A DNA stretch of 63,988 nucleotides, the filler included, from Folioceros fuciformis (taxonomy: Eukaryota): assembly GCA_049999805.1 (NCBI GenBank). It is 9 parts of 9 records of this genome, joined end to end, with 100 filler letters (N's around TTAATTAATTAA, not from the genome) between each part and the next. Parts side by side here need not be neighbours in the genome. Positions count along the whole stretch, not along the records: positions 48,813 to 62,715 come from JBNGIO010001777.1; positions 62,816 to 63,988 come from JBNGIO010001944.1; 7 more parts are not named here. One strand, written 5' to 3'. Shown here piece after piece: positions 49,750 to 63,988 of the stretch (position 1 is its first letter; each line of letters opens with the position of its first letter). Below the pieces are notes generated by a model. The model ran no database searches. It had not been told where the DNA came from and was given only the letters and a program-made list of their open reading frames with translations. The translations under genes and the position numbers were made by a program.

Positions 49750-52150
49750 ACTGTGTGTCAGCTAAGTCCTACCACGAAGTCTTAATGGGCTGACGGTGGA
49801 GTTGGCGGGTGTGGGGTCTAGAGAAGGAGCAGCACCCTCGGATCTCACGAGTGAGGTGGGTCTAGGGGAGGATTCCGCGCCGCCAATGGGTATGGGCAAC
49901 TTTGCGGAACGAGTATGAGGGGAACGAACTACCTTGATAGATGTGGGTCCGGCGAAAGGGGGTTGGGAGACAAGAGCGTCGGACTACCGGGGGCGGTCCA
50001 CTTGTTGAGGGGTAAGTCTGATTCAATCACAACAGCTACGGACTCCACTGTTTCGCTTAGGATTCGGAGTACCTCATTGTGGAAAAAGATGTGGTTGTCG
50101 TCTAATTGCTGGATAGTGTCTACCACCATCCTTCGGAGTGTTCTATACTCCGGACACCACCTAGCCTCCAAAAGATTCGCATGTTGTGCTGTGGCTAAGG
50201 CCACATAGCGCCGAAGCTCTTCAAGGGCCACCGAAGTGGCTGCGGCAGATTCTTGCAACTGGAGGTTGGGGACGGCTTCTATCTGTGCCTGGAGTAGGGC
50301 CACGTCCCGATGTCCCTCCCGAGCTCCAAAGTCCACGAGTTGCGATTCCAAATCCTGAACTTGGGTCGTAACACTTTGGACCTATTCAGGAGTGCCTTCC
50401 ACTCCCCATCCCACAGATCTCCATGGGTCTTCATGCTCTCCCGCATGTGAACCAGGTCCGCCTTGAGGGTCCGAATTTCCTGTTGGGTTGTCTTCTCTTC
50501 AACCTGGACCGCTCGAAGCTTTCCCCTCATCTCTTCCAATTGCTGAGCTGACTTTGCCAATTTTCGGACTCCTTCCTTCTCGGACTCTAGGGCTCGATTT
50601 CGCTCCTTCCGATATCTATCGTGGTCTGCCATATGTTGTTTGCAGGCCTCCTGGATGTCAAGCTCCCATTTCCTCCATGCCTGCTGCTCCTCCACGTGAA
50701 TGGTCTCCATCGCCACTTGAGCCCGGATGTTTTCTTCATATGCCTCTTGTCGCTGTCATTCCAAGTCAATTGCCTAGTTGGCTACTTGCGCCTTGAGTTC
50801 CTCAAACTCATGTCGACAGTGATCTCGCTCCTACCGATATTTCTCAGACTCCTCCTGGAGTTCCATGGTGTGCCCAGTAGCCCTCTCCTTTAGAGCGGAC
50901 AATTGAGTTGCCAATTCAGCCATCCTTCTTTGGAGGGCGATATTTTGCACCTCTCTTGTCACAACTTGTTTGAAGGACCAAGCCAGCCCCTCCGCTACAC
51001 TGGTTACGATCCCCTGGGCTGCTTGGTTAGCTCCTTCTGCAATCACTTCGGTGTAAAACAGGTAGTTAGAAGATAGGGGGGCTGTCGCGCAGCAGCCGCA
51101 TAGCTGCATGCCTACCTAGCCTGTCTACCAAGCTAGGTCACTAAGCTTCCGCCTGCCTGCGATCTCCTTGGCCTTCGGCCCAGGAGCAACAATCCTAGCC
51201 TTAATTTGTCCTTGGCCTATGGCCAAGAGCAAGGCTACAAAAAGAGACTAGGTTTGCCTAAGAGAGGCAGACCCGGGACCCGTCAACAGGTGAAATCAAG
51301 CTGGAAAATTCTCCCAACCTGGCAATGCAACGAACCACAAGAACCTCTAGGAGACAAAGACACAGCAGGGACGAAGTATGGCTGTCTATTGGAACAAGAC
51401 AAACAACAACAATCCGAGAATCCATGGCTGGGTGCCTACATATATAGGCAAAAACCCCCAGGAGTTCTCGATGAAGTGTCCACCCGTATCGATGGTGGGC
51501 ACTTTATAATCCTACTTTCCTTGATTTATGATTTTTATGTATTTTCTAATATCTTCTAATATAAATCTGCTATCTATATATGCGGCATAGCACCGCGCCT
51601 TTCATGCACAACCATGCATATAGGTTGCATGCGCCATGACACATCACCTGCCACATGTCCACATACATCACATGTCATCCTTCATCTCCATATGCATGCA
51701 TACATGGCACACATGCATATATGGCATACATGTCATGTGCAGGCCATCCATGGGCCATGTACATGACATCATCAAGCACTTCAGCATCAGGGCTTATGCC
51801 CGAGATGCTCCAGTCAGTATCTAGTCATTTCAGCATTCAGGGCTTATGCCCAGGATGCTCTAGTCAGTATCCAGTCATAGAGTCTTAGGTGCTCTGTTTC
51901 CCATACAGCAACAGCATGACAGGGCCCTCCCGAAAGACACCCAAATTGACCTCCTTATGGCCTCTAGGTCCGTGATCCCCCCTTCGATAAGGTTCTCTAG
52001 GACTATCAACTGCAGCAAAGCCTTTTGCCAGTTGATTTCCTCCTGGGCTAGTCGTGGGGCAGGAGCCAAAGTCACTTGGGCAAGTGGCGGACTGGGAGAA
52101 CGAGGACTATGACCTTTCTTTCTCCCATGCAGAGAAGGGGGCCATTTCAC
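49750..52150 (-). mobile_element. Probable retroelement remnant with a long decayed coiled-coil ORF and tandem repeats
   Basis: Minus-strand ORF pieces 50831-51109, 50279-50716 and 49929-50351 join across stops and a frameshift into a heptad-rich protein. CATG-rich tract at about 51600-51770 and a roughly 50-nt tandem pair at 51777-51877. No gag or pol motif recognised. Confidence 0.45.
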
Positions 52151-52508
52151 CCCAGATGACCCAATTCCATGCTTCTCATTATAATCAAGTTTGTGTGATA
52201 ATAACCTAATTCGATGATTTGCTACAGGTTATTTTATTTTATATAATATGATATGGAGTGTTGTTTAAAATGTTGCATATGTCAGAAGCTACTTCAAAGA
52301 GCAAAAACTCTTTTTGGTTGTCATGTAGCCATCAATTCCATAAGAAGTGAATGGGTGGTTAAACACAAAGGTGGTAAATGTCCTTTATGCAAGTACCCGT
52401 TGGTCCATGATGTTTCAGTGAAATTGCAGGAACTTCCTTGCTCTTCAAAGCACTCTCAAAAGTCTTGTAATTTATAATGAGAGCCTCCTTATGATCCTTG
52501 TGCCAAAA

Positions 52509-52700
52509 CTTGAAGCCTATATTTATGCACTTCGTGTGCTAACGTTTGAAGCCTATATTTATGCACTTCGTATGCTAACGCTTGAAGACTATATTTATGC
52601 ACTTCGTATGCCAACGTTTGAAGCCTGTATTCATGCACTTCGTGTGCCAGCTCTTGAAGCCTATGTTTATGCACTTGGTGTGCGAAAGCTTGAAGCCTTT
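52509..52700. repeat. 36-nt tandem repeat, about 5.3 units
   Basis: Unit TTGAAGCCTATATTTATGCACTTCGTGTGCTAACGT; translates as LEAYIYALRVLT-like 12-mers. Confidence 0.9.
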
Positions 52701-53034
52701 ATGTTTTGCTGCAAAGTGTAATAAAAAGTTTTCAAGATAATTCAAGGGCATACCATATCCTACTTTATGATCTCCCCCTCTTACACAAATTATAACTAAT
52801 GCGGAGATGTTGCTCATAGTCTAAAAAAGCCTCTCCATTCCTCACGAATCTTACCTTGCCCTACCTTGTCAGCCCTGGCCTAGTGTTGACAGCTCGATCC
52901 CATCCATAGGTTTCTCCTCAGCTGCGTTTTTAGCACGTAAAGCACCAGCACAGTTTATGTTCTTTTGTTACAATGACGAGTGCCTGCTGTTTAAAGGTCC
53001 AGAAGGACGAGGGCCTGTTGCAGAATATTCTCTA

Positions 53035-53064
53035 GTGGGCGGGGCCGGGGTTTAGGGTTTTAGG
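53035..53064. promoter_or_regulatory. Telo-box next to a GC-rich (site II-like) element upstream of HSP60
   Basis: TAGGGTTT at 53053-53060, preceded by GTGGGCGGGGCC, about 310 nt before the predicted ATG. Confidence 0.45.
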
Positions 53065-53366
53065 TGAATAAAGTCTGGAAACTTCCGAACTTACAGTACA
53101 GAACTGCGCGGTGAACTGTGCGGAGCACGGTGCTCAACATTTCGCTTACAGTGCGTTGTAAGAACCGTGCGTGAAACCCGGTGTCGGAACTGCGCGGCCT
53201 CCTCCTAATTCCCCTGGTAGAACCTCTCTACAACTATGCCAACTTTCATCCGCCGTCTGAGCAGCAGCTAGGCCGCCTCCAGATTGCGCGTCGCCGGTAG
53301 TGCAGGAATTTTGCCTCCATTCCGCTGTCCTGCCCATTGGATCCAGTAGCGACAGCGCCAGGGACG

Positions 53367-57077
<3,711 letters not shown>

Positions 57078-58373
57078 ATGCGCTACTTCGCGGCGTTGTT
57101 TTCACCTTAGTTCACAATTTTTGACCTGAGATAGGGACGGCTTTAGCGGAGTTCTCGGGGGCGGAGGGCCTGTGATGAGAGTAAAAGTAGCAATTTGAGA
57201 CGTACTTTACTGCGAAACTTGACGTGGAGTAAGGCGCTGCCTACTCTACTGCCGAGATGGCTGCCATAAGCATGGAGAGCAGAACGGCGTGCAACGAGTC
57301 AATTCGAAGCCCTGGTTTCTTACGCATTGAAAGTGGGAGCTGACATGGGTAAGCAAACCCTGTTGTCGCTGCAAAGATTGAAGAGCGATGAGCGCGCTCT
57401 TGTGACCCAAGCGAGGGCTTAAGGGGGATTACAAAATATTAGATAGCTTACGAAAACAATGCTTTCTCTTCAAACATTGATTTGTTAGGGGTTGGATACC
57501 CATGAGCCATGTTGTGTGATGTGGTTTGGAAAGCTTAGTTTTACATGGTTTAGCAACTTTGCTAAAGATAAAGATCTTCACAATAAGATTAAGGTTGATC
57601 TATAACTACATTTATGGGCACCCCATAGGTATTAGGATGACTTGGTTCTTGGTGTTCTAGTGGGTCATTCCTTATGGACTTGAGGTAAATTAAATTCTTC
57701 CATCCATTTCTTCTTTGTAACAAAGTATTAATCATAATTATGTATCATTAGGTTTGGTTGAAGGGGGACATCAGGTTTAGTAGTCAAATGGGTTTCCTCT
57801 TTGACTGTTAAAAGGGACTTTGAAAACATGATCTCATTTAGTTAGGCCTTGTTTTCACACAAATAGAAAGACTCAGCTTATTAAAAATCTTGAAATCTTG
57901 TTTGTTGATTCAGTTAGGGTTTTGATGCAAGTTGACTGGAAATTGCATTTATCTATTGTATTAGGGTCTTATGGAAGTTTCAAAAAAATCCTATCTCATT
58001 GAGTTAGGTTTTTTTGGTGGCTTTGTTTGTTTGTTTGAATTTTTGTTTATTTAAACTTGTAATTAAATCTTGATAAGGGACTTCAATTTCATGGAGAGGA
58101 GGGAAGATATTGGGGCATCATTACGAAGGATGCAAGGGCGGTACCCTTGTCATGGCAAGAGTTGTGAGACACCATTCTAAATATGCAAGATCCTTGGTCA
58201 GCTCTTCTTGCCCACCCATCACCCACAATCTTTTTTGTATAGTTGGACTAACCACCACCAACTACTCAATCGCAATGTAATATAATCCCACACTCCATAA
58301 TTGTCTGGTTCATAATGAATAAGGAAAGATCTTCTTAGCTAAGTCATTTAAGGTTTTAGAAAGTTTCCTTTCC

Positions 58374-58480
58374 ATTTAGGATTTGACAAAGTTCCGGTCT
58401 CGGGTTTCCATTTAGAATTTGACAAAGTTCCGTTCTCGGGTTACCATTTAGAATTTGACTAAGTTCCTTTCTAGGGTTTG
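58374..58480. repeat. 36-nt tandem repeat (about 3 units) ending in a telo-box, upstream of RPS8
   Basis: ATTTAGAATTTGACAAAGTTCCG.TCTCGGGTT.CC units; TAGGGTTT at 58472-58479; ATATATATAG at 58551-58560. Confidence 0.75.
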
Positions 58481-58679
58481 AGAAAGTTCCTTTGACCAGA
58501 CATGCTGGACTTAGTCCTGTTACTTAAAATGGAATTTTATGTCTTCAATGATATATATAGCCCCTCACACACAATACAGTTGGATGCCCCTCAAATTCAA
58601 GGGTGAACTTCAAGCGAACTCACATCTCTTGTAAGCTAAGACTCGCCGCTGGCTGTGGGCTAGCGTGCACCCTGTGACC

Positions 58680-59340
58680 ATGGGGTATATCGCGGGACTC
58701 CTTACATAAGAGGCGTGCTACAGGAGGGAAGAAAAAGTCATGGCACAAGAAGAGAAAATATGAGTTGGGCAGACAACCGGCAAACACGAAGCTGTCGAGC
58801 AACAAGACAGTTCGCAGAATCCGTGTCAGGGGAGGGAACTTCAAGTTCAGGGCTCTAAGGTTGGACACAGGCAACTTCAGCTGGGGCACGGAGGCAGCGA
58901 CCCGGAAGACTCGGATTCTGAACGTGGTGTACAACGCGTCCAACAATGAGCTCGTCCGGACGCAGACTCTGGTGAAGAGCGCCATCGTCCAGGTTGATGC
59001 TGCACCCTTCAAGCAGTGGTACAGCCAGCACTACGGCTTGGAGATTGGAACGAAGAAGAAAGCTCCCACCAAGAAGGAAAGCGAGGAGCCAGCAGAGACT
59101 ATCGAGGAGAAAACGAAGAGCGCACACGTTTTACGGAAGTTGAATAAGCGGGTTAAGGGCCACACGCTTGACTCTCACTTGGAGGATCAATTCAAGGGTG
59201 GGCGTCTACTTGCGTCCATCTCCTCCAGGCCTGGACAATGTGGCCGTGCAGATGGCTACATCCTGGAAGGCAGGGAGTTGGAGTTCTACTTGAAGAAGAT
59301 TCAGAAGAAGAAGGGCAAGGGTGGTGCCGCTGGGGCATGA
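58680..59340 (+). CDS. RPS8: 40S ribosomal protein S8 (eS8), intronless, with an apparent +1 frameshift after the ATG
   Basis: [16 protein letters not shown]...[12 protein letters not shown]...[19 protein letters not shown]...[17 protein letters not shown]. The sequence reads ATG G GGT ATA, one G too many. Confidence 0.9.
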
Positions 59341-60095
59341 TGAGCTTGGGTCACATTTGTGTCCTCGGGACTTGTGAAATGTAGCACCTCTCCTTGTGAA
59401 ATTTTGTAACGATTATCTGTCCAGGAAGTCTTCAATCCGATATATTGAGCGACTGAAGGGAAAAACGAACTCGTGCTTTGTCAATATTTAGCTATCTCAT
59501 TGGGCAGATCAGAATAGTCCTTCCACGAACTCCGTTCCGTTGTTCCCTCCGACTTCGTTATGTGGTGCTGATGCTGATCTCACTCTGTAATCTTCTGTTT
59601 TATAAACGTTCCTGTGTCGGGGAACACAAATGGGTCATGGTTCGTCTACTTGTCCGACAGTTGCTTCAACTCTTGCTCAATTGACTCCAATTTTTCAGAA
59701 CGTTGCTGACACAATAGGTGCCTTGTTTGACCTCCAGTGTGCTCCCTTGCACATAGGTAGGTAAGGCTGTGAGGAAGATAGTTAACCATGGCGGGCAGAC
59801 TGTACAACGTGCACGTCGCACAATCTCATCTGGCATCGCGCACTGCTCCTAAGCGATTTTACCACTTCCACGCCGTGATCCACATACCCTTTCTTTGCAT
59901 CTCATGCGCTTCATGCCTTATTTACATGCGTTTCTTCAATTTCGCAGAGCTAGAAGCTTCAAAACCCAGGATTTGTGATCACCATTGACAAATGGAACAT
60001 AGCGTGCGCGAGAAAGGAGTATGACACAACACTTTGAAGCAACACTTTGTTGGGTACGTTGCAAGGTGGTACACGGGACACAATCCAGAGCAAGG

Positions 60096-61416
60096 TGTAA
60101 AGAATCCAAGTAGTAGGATTGCATCTAGTCTAGCATATCAAGACCCATGCTCACAAAGATGTTTTGTGTTAATCTATATAAGGTATACAAAGTGTGTCTT
60201 AAATAGGGTCACTAGGTGTCTATTCCGAAGAAGCACACCCGTTCATAATTACTAGATACTATTAATTACGATCTATAGTAACTAGTTGGTTGGCAAGGTT
60301 ATGGGCAGAGTATCTATTCCATAACACTCCCTCTTAAGCTGGACTTAACCTGGCTAGCGTGCGAGGCATTATCAAGGACTACCTTAAGCACTCCCTGTGA
60401 AAGTTACATCTTCTTCTCCGCCTCAGGTTGTGGTCAACTAGGGTGAGAAGTCGATCAGGCCTAGCTTAAGCAGCTCGATCAAACCCTTATACAAGTCTGG
60501 TGACGCTATGGGTATAAGCTTGTTCTTGTTAATGTGTCCCAACCTAGCGAGCCACAAGGATGTCAGGCTGTCAAAGGATGATGGCGGCGGTCGGGCCACA
60601 AAGGCAGACGGCTCGCCCCTGCCGGCAAATGAGAGCCTGGACAGGCCGTCTTGAGGCACGGTGCTGAAGAGGCACAAGTCAGGATTTGTGGTCCTGAAAA
60701 AATAGCATGACCCCCTTGAAGCAAGCATCTCAAGATCGCCTTGCTTCAGCAGCTGTGTCATGGAGACCAGATTCTTGCCCATCTACGGGACAAGGAGCAC
60801 AGGCTCCAAGGTAAGCTCTGAACTGTCCTTGAGGAGAAATTTGCAAGTGCCTTGTCCCATGATTTGCAGGTTGGATCTACTCTATTCATCACCAAGTAAC
60901 ACCCTTTCCTTGAGAGGACGAGTATCCAGCTTGGTGAATAGAGTGCGAGTGTTGGATATGTGGGCGGTGGCTCCATTGTCCAGATACCACCCCGAATCTT
61001 GGTGCATCCAAGCGTTGAGGCAAACCGTAAGTATCTTTACGGTCTTTGTCTTTGCCGCGCAGACTTTTCCTCTAACTGCAACATTGGTTGCATGTCTTAG
61101 GCCAATCTTCTGAGGCTCTCTGGCCTCTTTCTTGCAGCACTCTCGTGCCTAGTGGCCAGCAGCTCCACACCAATTGTACTTTCCAACCTGGCGAGGAGGG
61201 GTAGAGGTTGATGCACCTTTGGGGGTGAAGTTCGCCTTGCCCTTCTCATTCTTCCCGGGCTTGAAGCGCGTGGACAGTGCCCTATCTACCTCAGGCTTGG
61301 ACCCTCCTGCAGAGCTAAGGCGGCTCTGCTCTTACCAATACAGAGCGCCGATAATGTCCTGCACTATAAGGGTGGAGGTTGTACCTGACTTACCATGAGT
61401 TGATACCAACATCAAG
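60096..61416 (-). mobile_element. Internally deleted Copia: gag knuckle, protease, GAG-pre-integrase, then PPT and 3' LTR
   Basis: Minus strand gives YNWCGAAGH*AREC, WYLDNGATAHI, KNLVSMTQL and LWLARLGHIN. PPT AAGAGGGAG precedes TG at 60326. The LTR probably spans 60096-60326. Integrase and RT are absent. Confidence 0.8.
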
Positions 61417-62440
61417 TGTAAATAAATAAATAGGAAGCTCTCGTACACCAAACTCACAAGTGCACAAGAGAAGAATTAATTACTTTAGAATACAAAATTA
61501 TCTTAAATACTTCTGTAACCCTAACTTTAACCAAGTGAGGTTAACTAGTCTTTACTAAATAACCCTAACACTCCCTCTTAACCGAACAGGGTTAACATAA
61601 GGGGATCTAAGACAAATAGTGAGCTTGCGCTTGTGGTCCTATGCATCGTCACAGCAAAGAGCATAGCAGTAGGCAACAACATGGAGGAATGGCGCAAGCG
61701 GAACCTGGCTACCAAGGAGGGAATGACCACCACCAAGGCTAGAGCGGCTCGATTCCTGGATATGAACTCAGGAATTTCGACGGTGGTGGCCGACTCAAGT
61801 CCTTACTGCGCCATAGAGAGAGCTAGGCATCCAGTAGGGTGGCCAACATAGGCAAATAGAAATCTGATGAACTCACACCTCATGCTAACCCTGAAGAAGA
61901 TGGAGGAGCTTGACCACGACCTTCAGTCAGCCAAATTGAGATCAATCGAGATGGAAGAACCGGTGGGTAGAATCCTTGCTCGGGTTCCTCGCATGTTTCC
62001 ACTTACAGTCCCTGAGATCTAGCAGATGGTCAAGGAGCTGAAGGATATGGGCTTCGAGAGCACACTTGGAGACAACGAGTCTGGTACGGGGCCAACATAA
62101 ACTCTGCCTTCCTCCACATCATAGTAAGCAAGACAAAGCCACTGTTTGTGTTGGTAGTTGATACAGGAACAGCTCATGACTGGATTTTGTACTGTTAGCT
62201 TCATCCACTGAGTGATCTTGTTTACATGTGCAGATGGAAAGGTTGCACAAACCTGAAAAATACCACCTGGTGCCACGCATATTCGCTAACCTACATACAG
62301 CATAGGAACAGCATAAAGAAACGTCTGTCTACGAGAGTGCCAACAACCTAGGTTGTAAAGCAATCCCTGCGAGGACATGCAACTATTATTGTGCTATAAC
62401 ACCTCCTGCCATAGGTTAGTGGATTTCTAGGTTGCAGTAG
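61417..62440 (-). mobile_element. 3' end of a second LTR element nested in Copia gag: 154-nt LTR (61417-61570), PPT, antisense ORF remnant
   Basis: TG...CA-bounded AT-rich segment followed by CTCCCTCTT (PPT complement). Plus-strand ORF remnant MEEWRKRNLATKEG... from 61681. Confidence 0.6.
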
Positions 62441-63988
62441 TGTGAACGAAAAAAACTTTCGGAACCCCCATTTTGAGCGACGGAATGAGCAGGTTGTGAT
62501 TTTTTTTGTGAAGGGACAGGCGAATCGGCTTAGTAGGTAAATAAGACCAGGGTGTTTATGCCCAAAGTCCCTCTTGGGCTTTGGGGGTTGGGGTGTACTG
62601 AAGACCAGGACAAGGAGAAGGAATGAGCGAGTGCCTCCTTGCCTCTCGGGTCATTGAGAACATTAAGGACCAGGTCTGTAGGTAGGTGAGTGGGGTATGA
62701 CCGTGGCCTTTGGTGNNNNNNNNNNNNNNNNNNNNNNNNNNNNNNNNNNNNNNNNNNNNTTAATTAATTAANNNNNNNNNNNNNNNNNNNNNNNNNNNNN
62801 NNNNNNNNNNNNNNNCCTAAAGAGGCGTGGCGGAACGGGAGCGGCGGAAGCACTGCTCAAGGTAGGCACGAGAAAGGAAGCGAACGGGTGGCTGGTGCGC
62901 GACATGGCAAGTTCCCAGCTGTTGGGATTGGCCAGGTGGGTCCTGAGCTTCTTCCGGGTACGCAAACAGGATTATCTGTCCGATCAGATGCTCCTGTTTG
63001 TGCATGAAGTAGTGAAGGGCACCAAGATCGACTGGGGAAGGATTTTATACACCCGGATGGATGAAGAGAGGCAGAACCTGATCCGACCCACCCCTGAACC
63101 TTCTATGATTTCCCCATTTCTAATCCACGTGTACAGTTACGCTAACGTGGTCACTGAGCTAGAAAGGCTGGCCTCGCTGCACCTGTGGAAGCCAGTTCGG
63201 GATGTGAAGTGGAAGCCCGCTGAGCCAGTAAGGGCTGCCTCTAGCAGTTGGGAAGCTGACAGTGGGGATAGCTCGCAGGAGGAAACCCCAGCCAAGCCCA
63301 GGAAGAGGATGGTCCCACAGAAGAAGGCTCCCACTAGGAGGAAAAGGATCAGAGGACCAGGAGTGAGCATGGGGGCTGATCAGGAGGAAGGGGGGACGGC
63401 CCTGGAGCAGACAGGCCAGCAGGAGGAAGAACAAGAACCAGCTGTCCAGGGAATCGAGGACCGAAGGTTGGAGGAACAAGGTCAGGGTGAGACAAGACCC
63501 GAGGAGCCACGGGATCAGGTGATGACAGCCGACACAGTTTCCTCCAGACAGGAGGATAAGTTAGGGCGCGTTACAGCATAGGAGGGTTTTTCAGGGTGGG
63601 AGGACATTTTCAGGTGCAGGCCTCAGAGAGACAGGTTGCAGGTGGGGGACCTGGACAAGTTGCGAGAACTCCTGGGCAGACAAATCACGGCGAGAGGAAT
63701 GGGCACTGGAGGGGTGCAGGAGGTGGACTTACCCGGATTGACTGCTGCAATGGTACAAGCCCAAGCAGACCTCCTGGATCAGGCCGCTAGGGCCCTGACC
63801 TGGTTAAGTGTACAAGCCAAGCGAGAAACCAAGGCTCAGGTGAAGGAAGAGGAGGCTCATGAGCGAGAGGTTGAAGTAAGAAGGCATCTGGCGGAGTCAG
63901 AGACAGCGCGGCAACTGCTGGAGGGGAAGTAGCGGGTTTTGGACAGGGAGAAGGCTCAAGCCAAGGAAGAGGCGCGCGAGGCGAGGGC
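62441..63988. mobile_element. Retroelement family A copy 4 (spans gap; closest to copy 1)
   Basis: TGTGAACGAAAAAAACTTTCGGAACCCCCATTTTGAG terminus. 62816-63800 is highly similar to about 2850-3833. Confidence 0.85.

Noticed and set aside
52253-52477. Cys-rich ORF (CCICQ...CPLC) resembling a RING finger
   Set aside because: The central Cys/His ligands and spacing do not fit, and the context is short and AT-rich.
52509-52700. CRISPR-like periodicity of the 36-nt repeats here and at 58374-58480
   Set aside because: Units are head-to-tail with no unique spacers, there are no cas genes, and the context is eukaryotic.
61400-61409. TGATACCA, the reverse complement of a PBS core
   Set aside because: It lies several nt from the LTR edge within gag-like coding sequence (MLVSTHGK), and the adjacent LTR has a PPT on its other side.

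Overview
Eukaryotic nuclear DNA from a land plant. Compact genes, short GT-AG introns (mostly about 80-150 nt) and a PLS-class PPR gene suggest a non-seed plant such as a hornwort, but that assignment is inference. The window is nine contigs joined by eight 100-nt artificial spacers (N...TTAATTAATTAA...N), so adjacency across gaps is unproven. About 1-16.6 kb, 37-41 kb, 49-52 kb and 60-64 kb are nested, decayed retrotransposon-type sequence: Copia pol remnants, a gag-protease element, and two recurrent LTR-like families. Apparently intact genes: an F-box protein, a RING-H2 ATL-type ligase, a divergent acyl-CoA-binding-domain protein, AP-3 beta adaptin, a group I bZIP, the 3' end of a Gln-rich gene, a PLS PPR gene and mitochondrial HSP60. 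There is also an intronless RPS8 with a frameshift right after its ATG, and a SKP1 pseudogene. The most unusual item is a decayed gene at about 41.2-42.8 kb. It appears to join a TORNADO1-like (Roco-type COR) segment to a protease domain resembling true caspases (KPKVVVINICRG plus a p10-like NFLTVYSTSPG...GPNFI) rather than plant metacaspases. All protein identifications come from motif recall by eye; no database searches were run.
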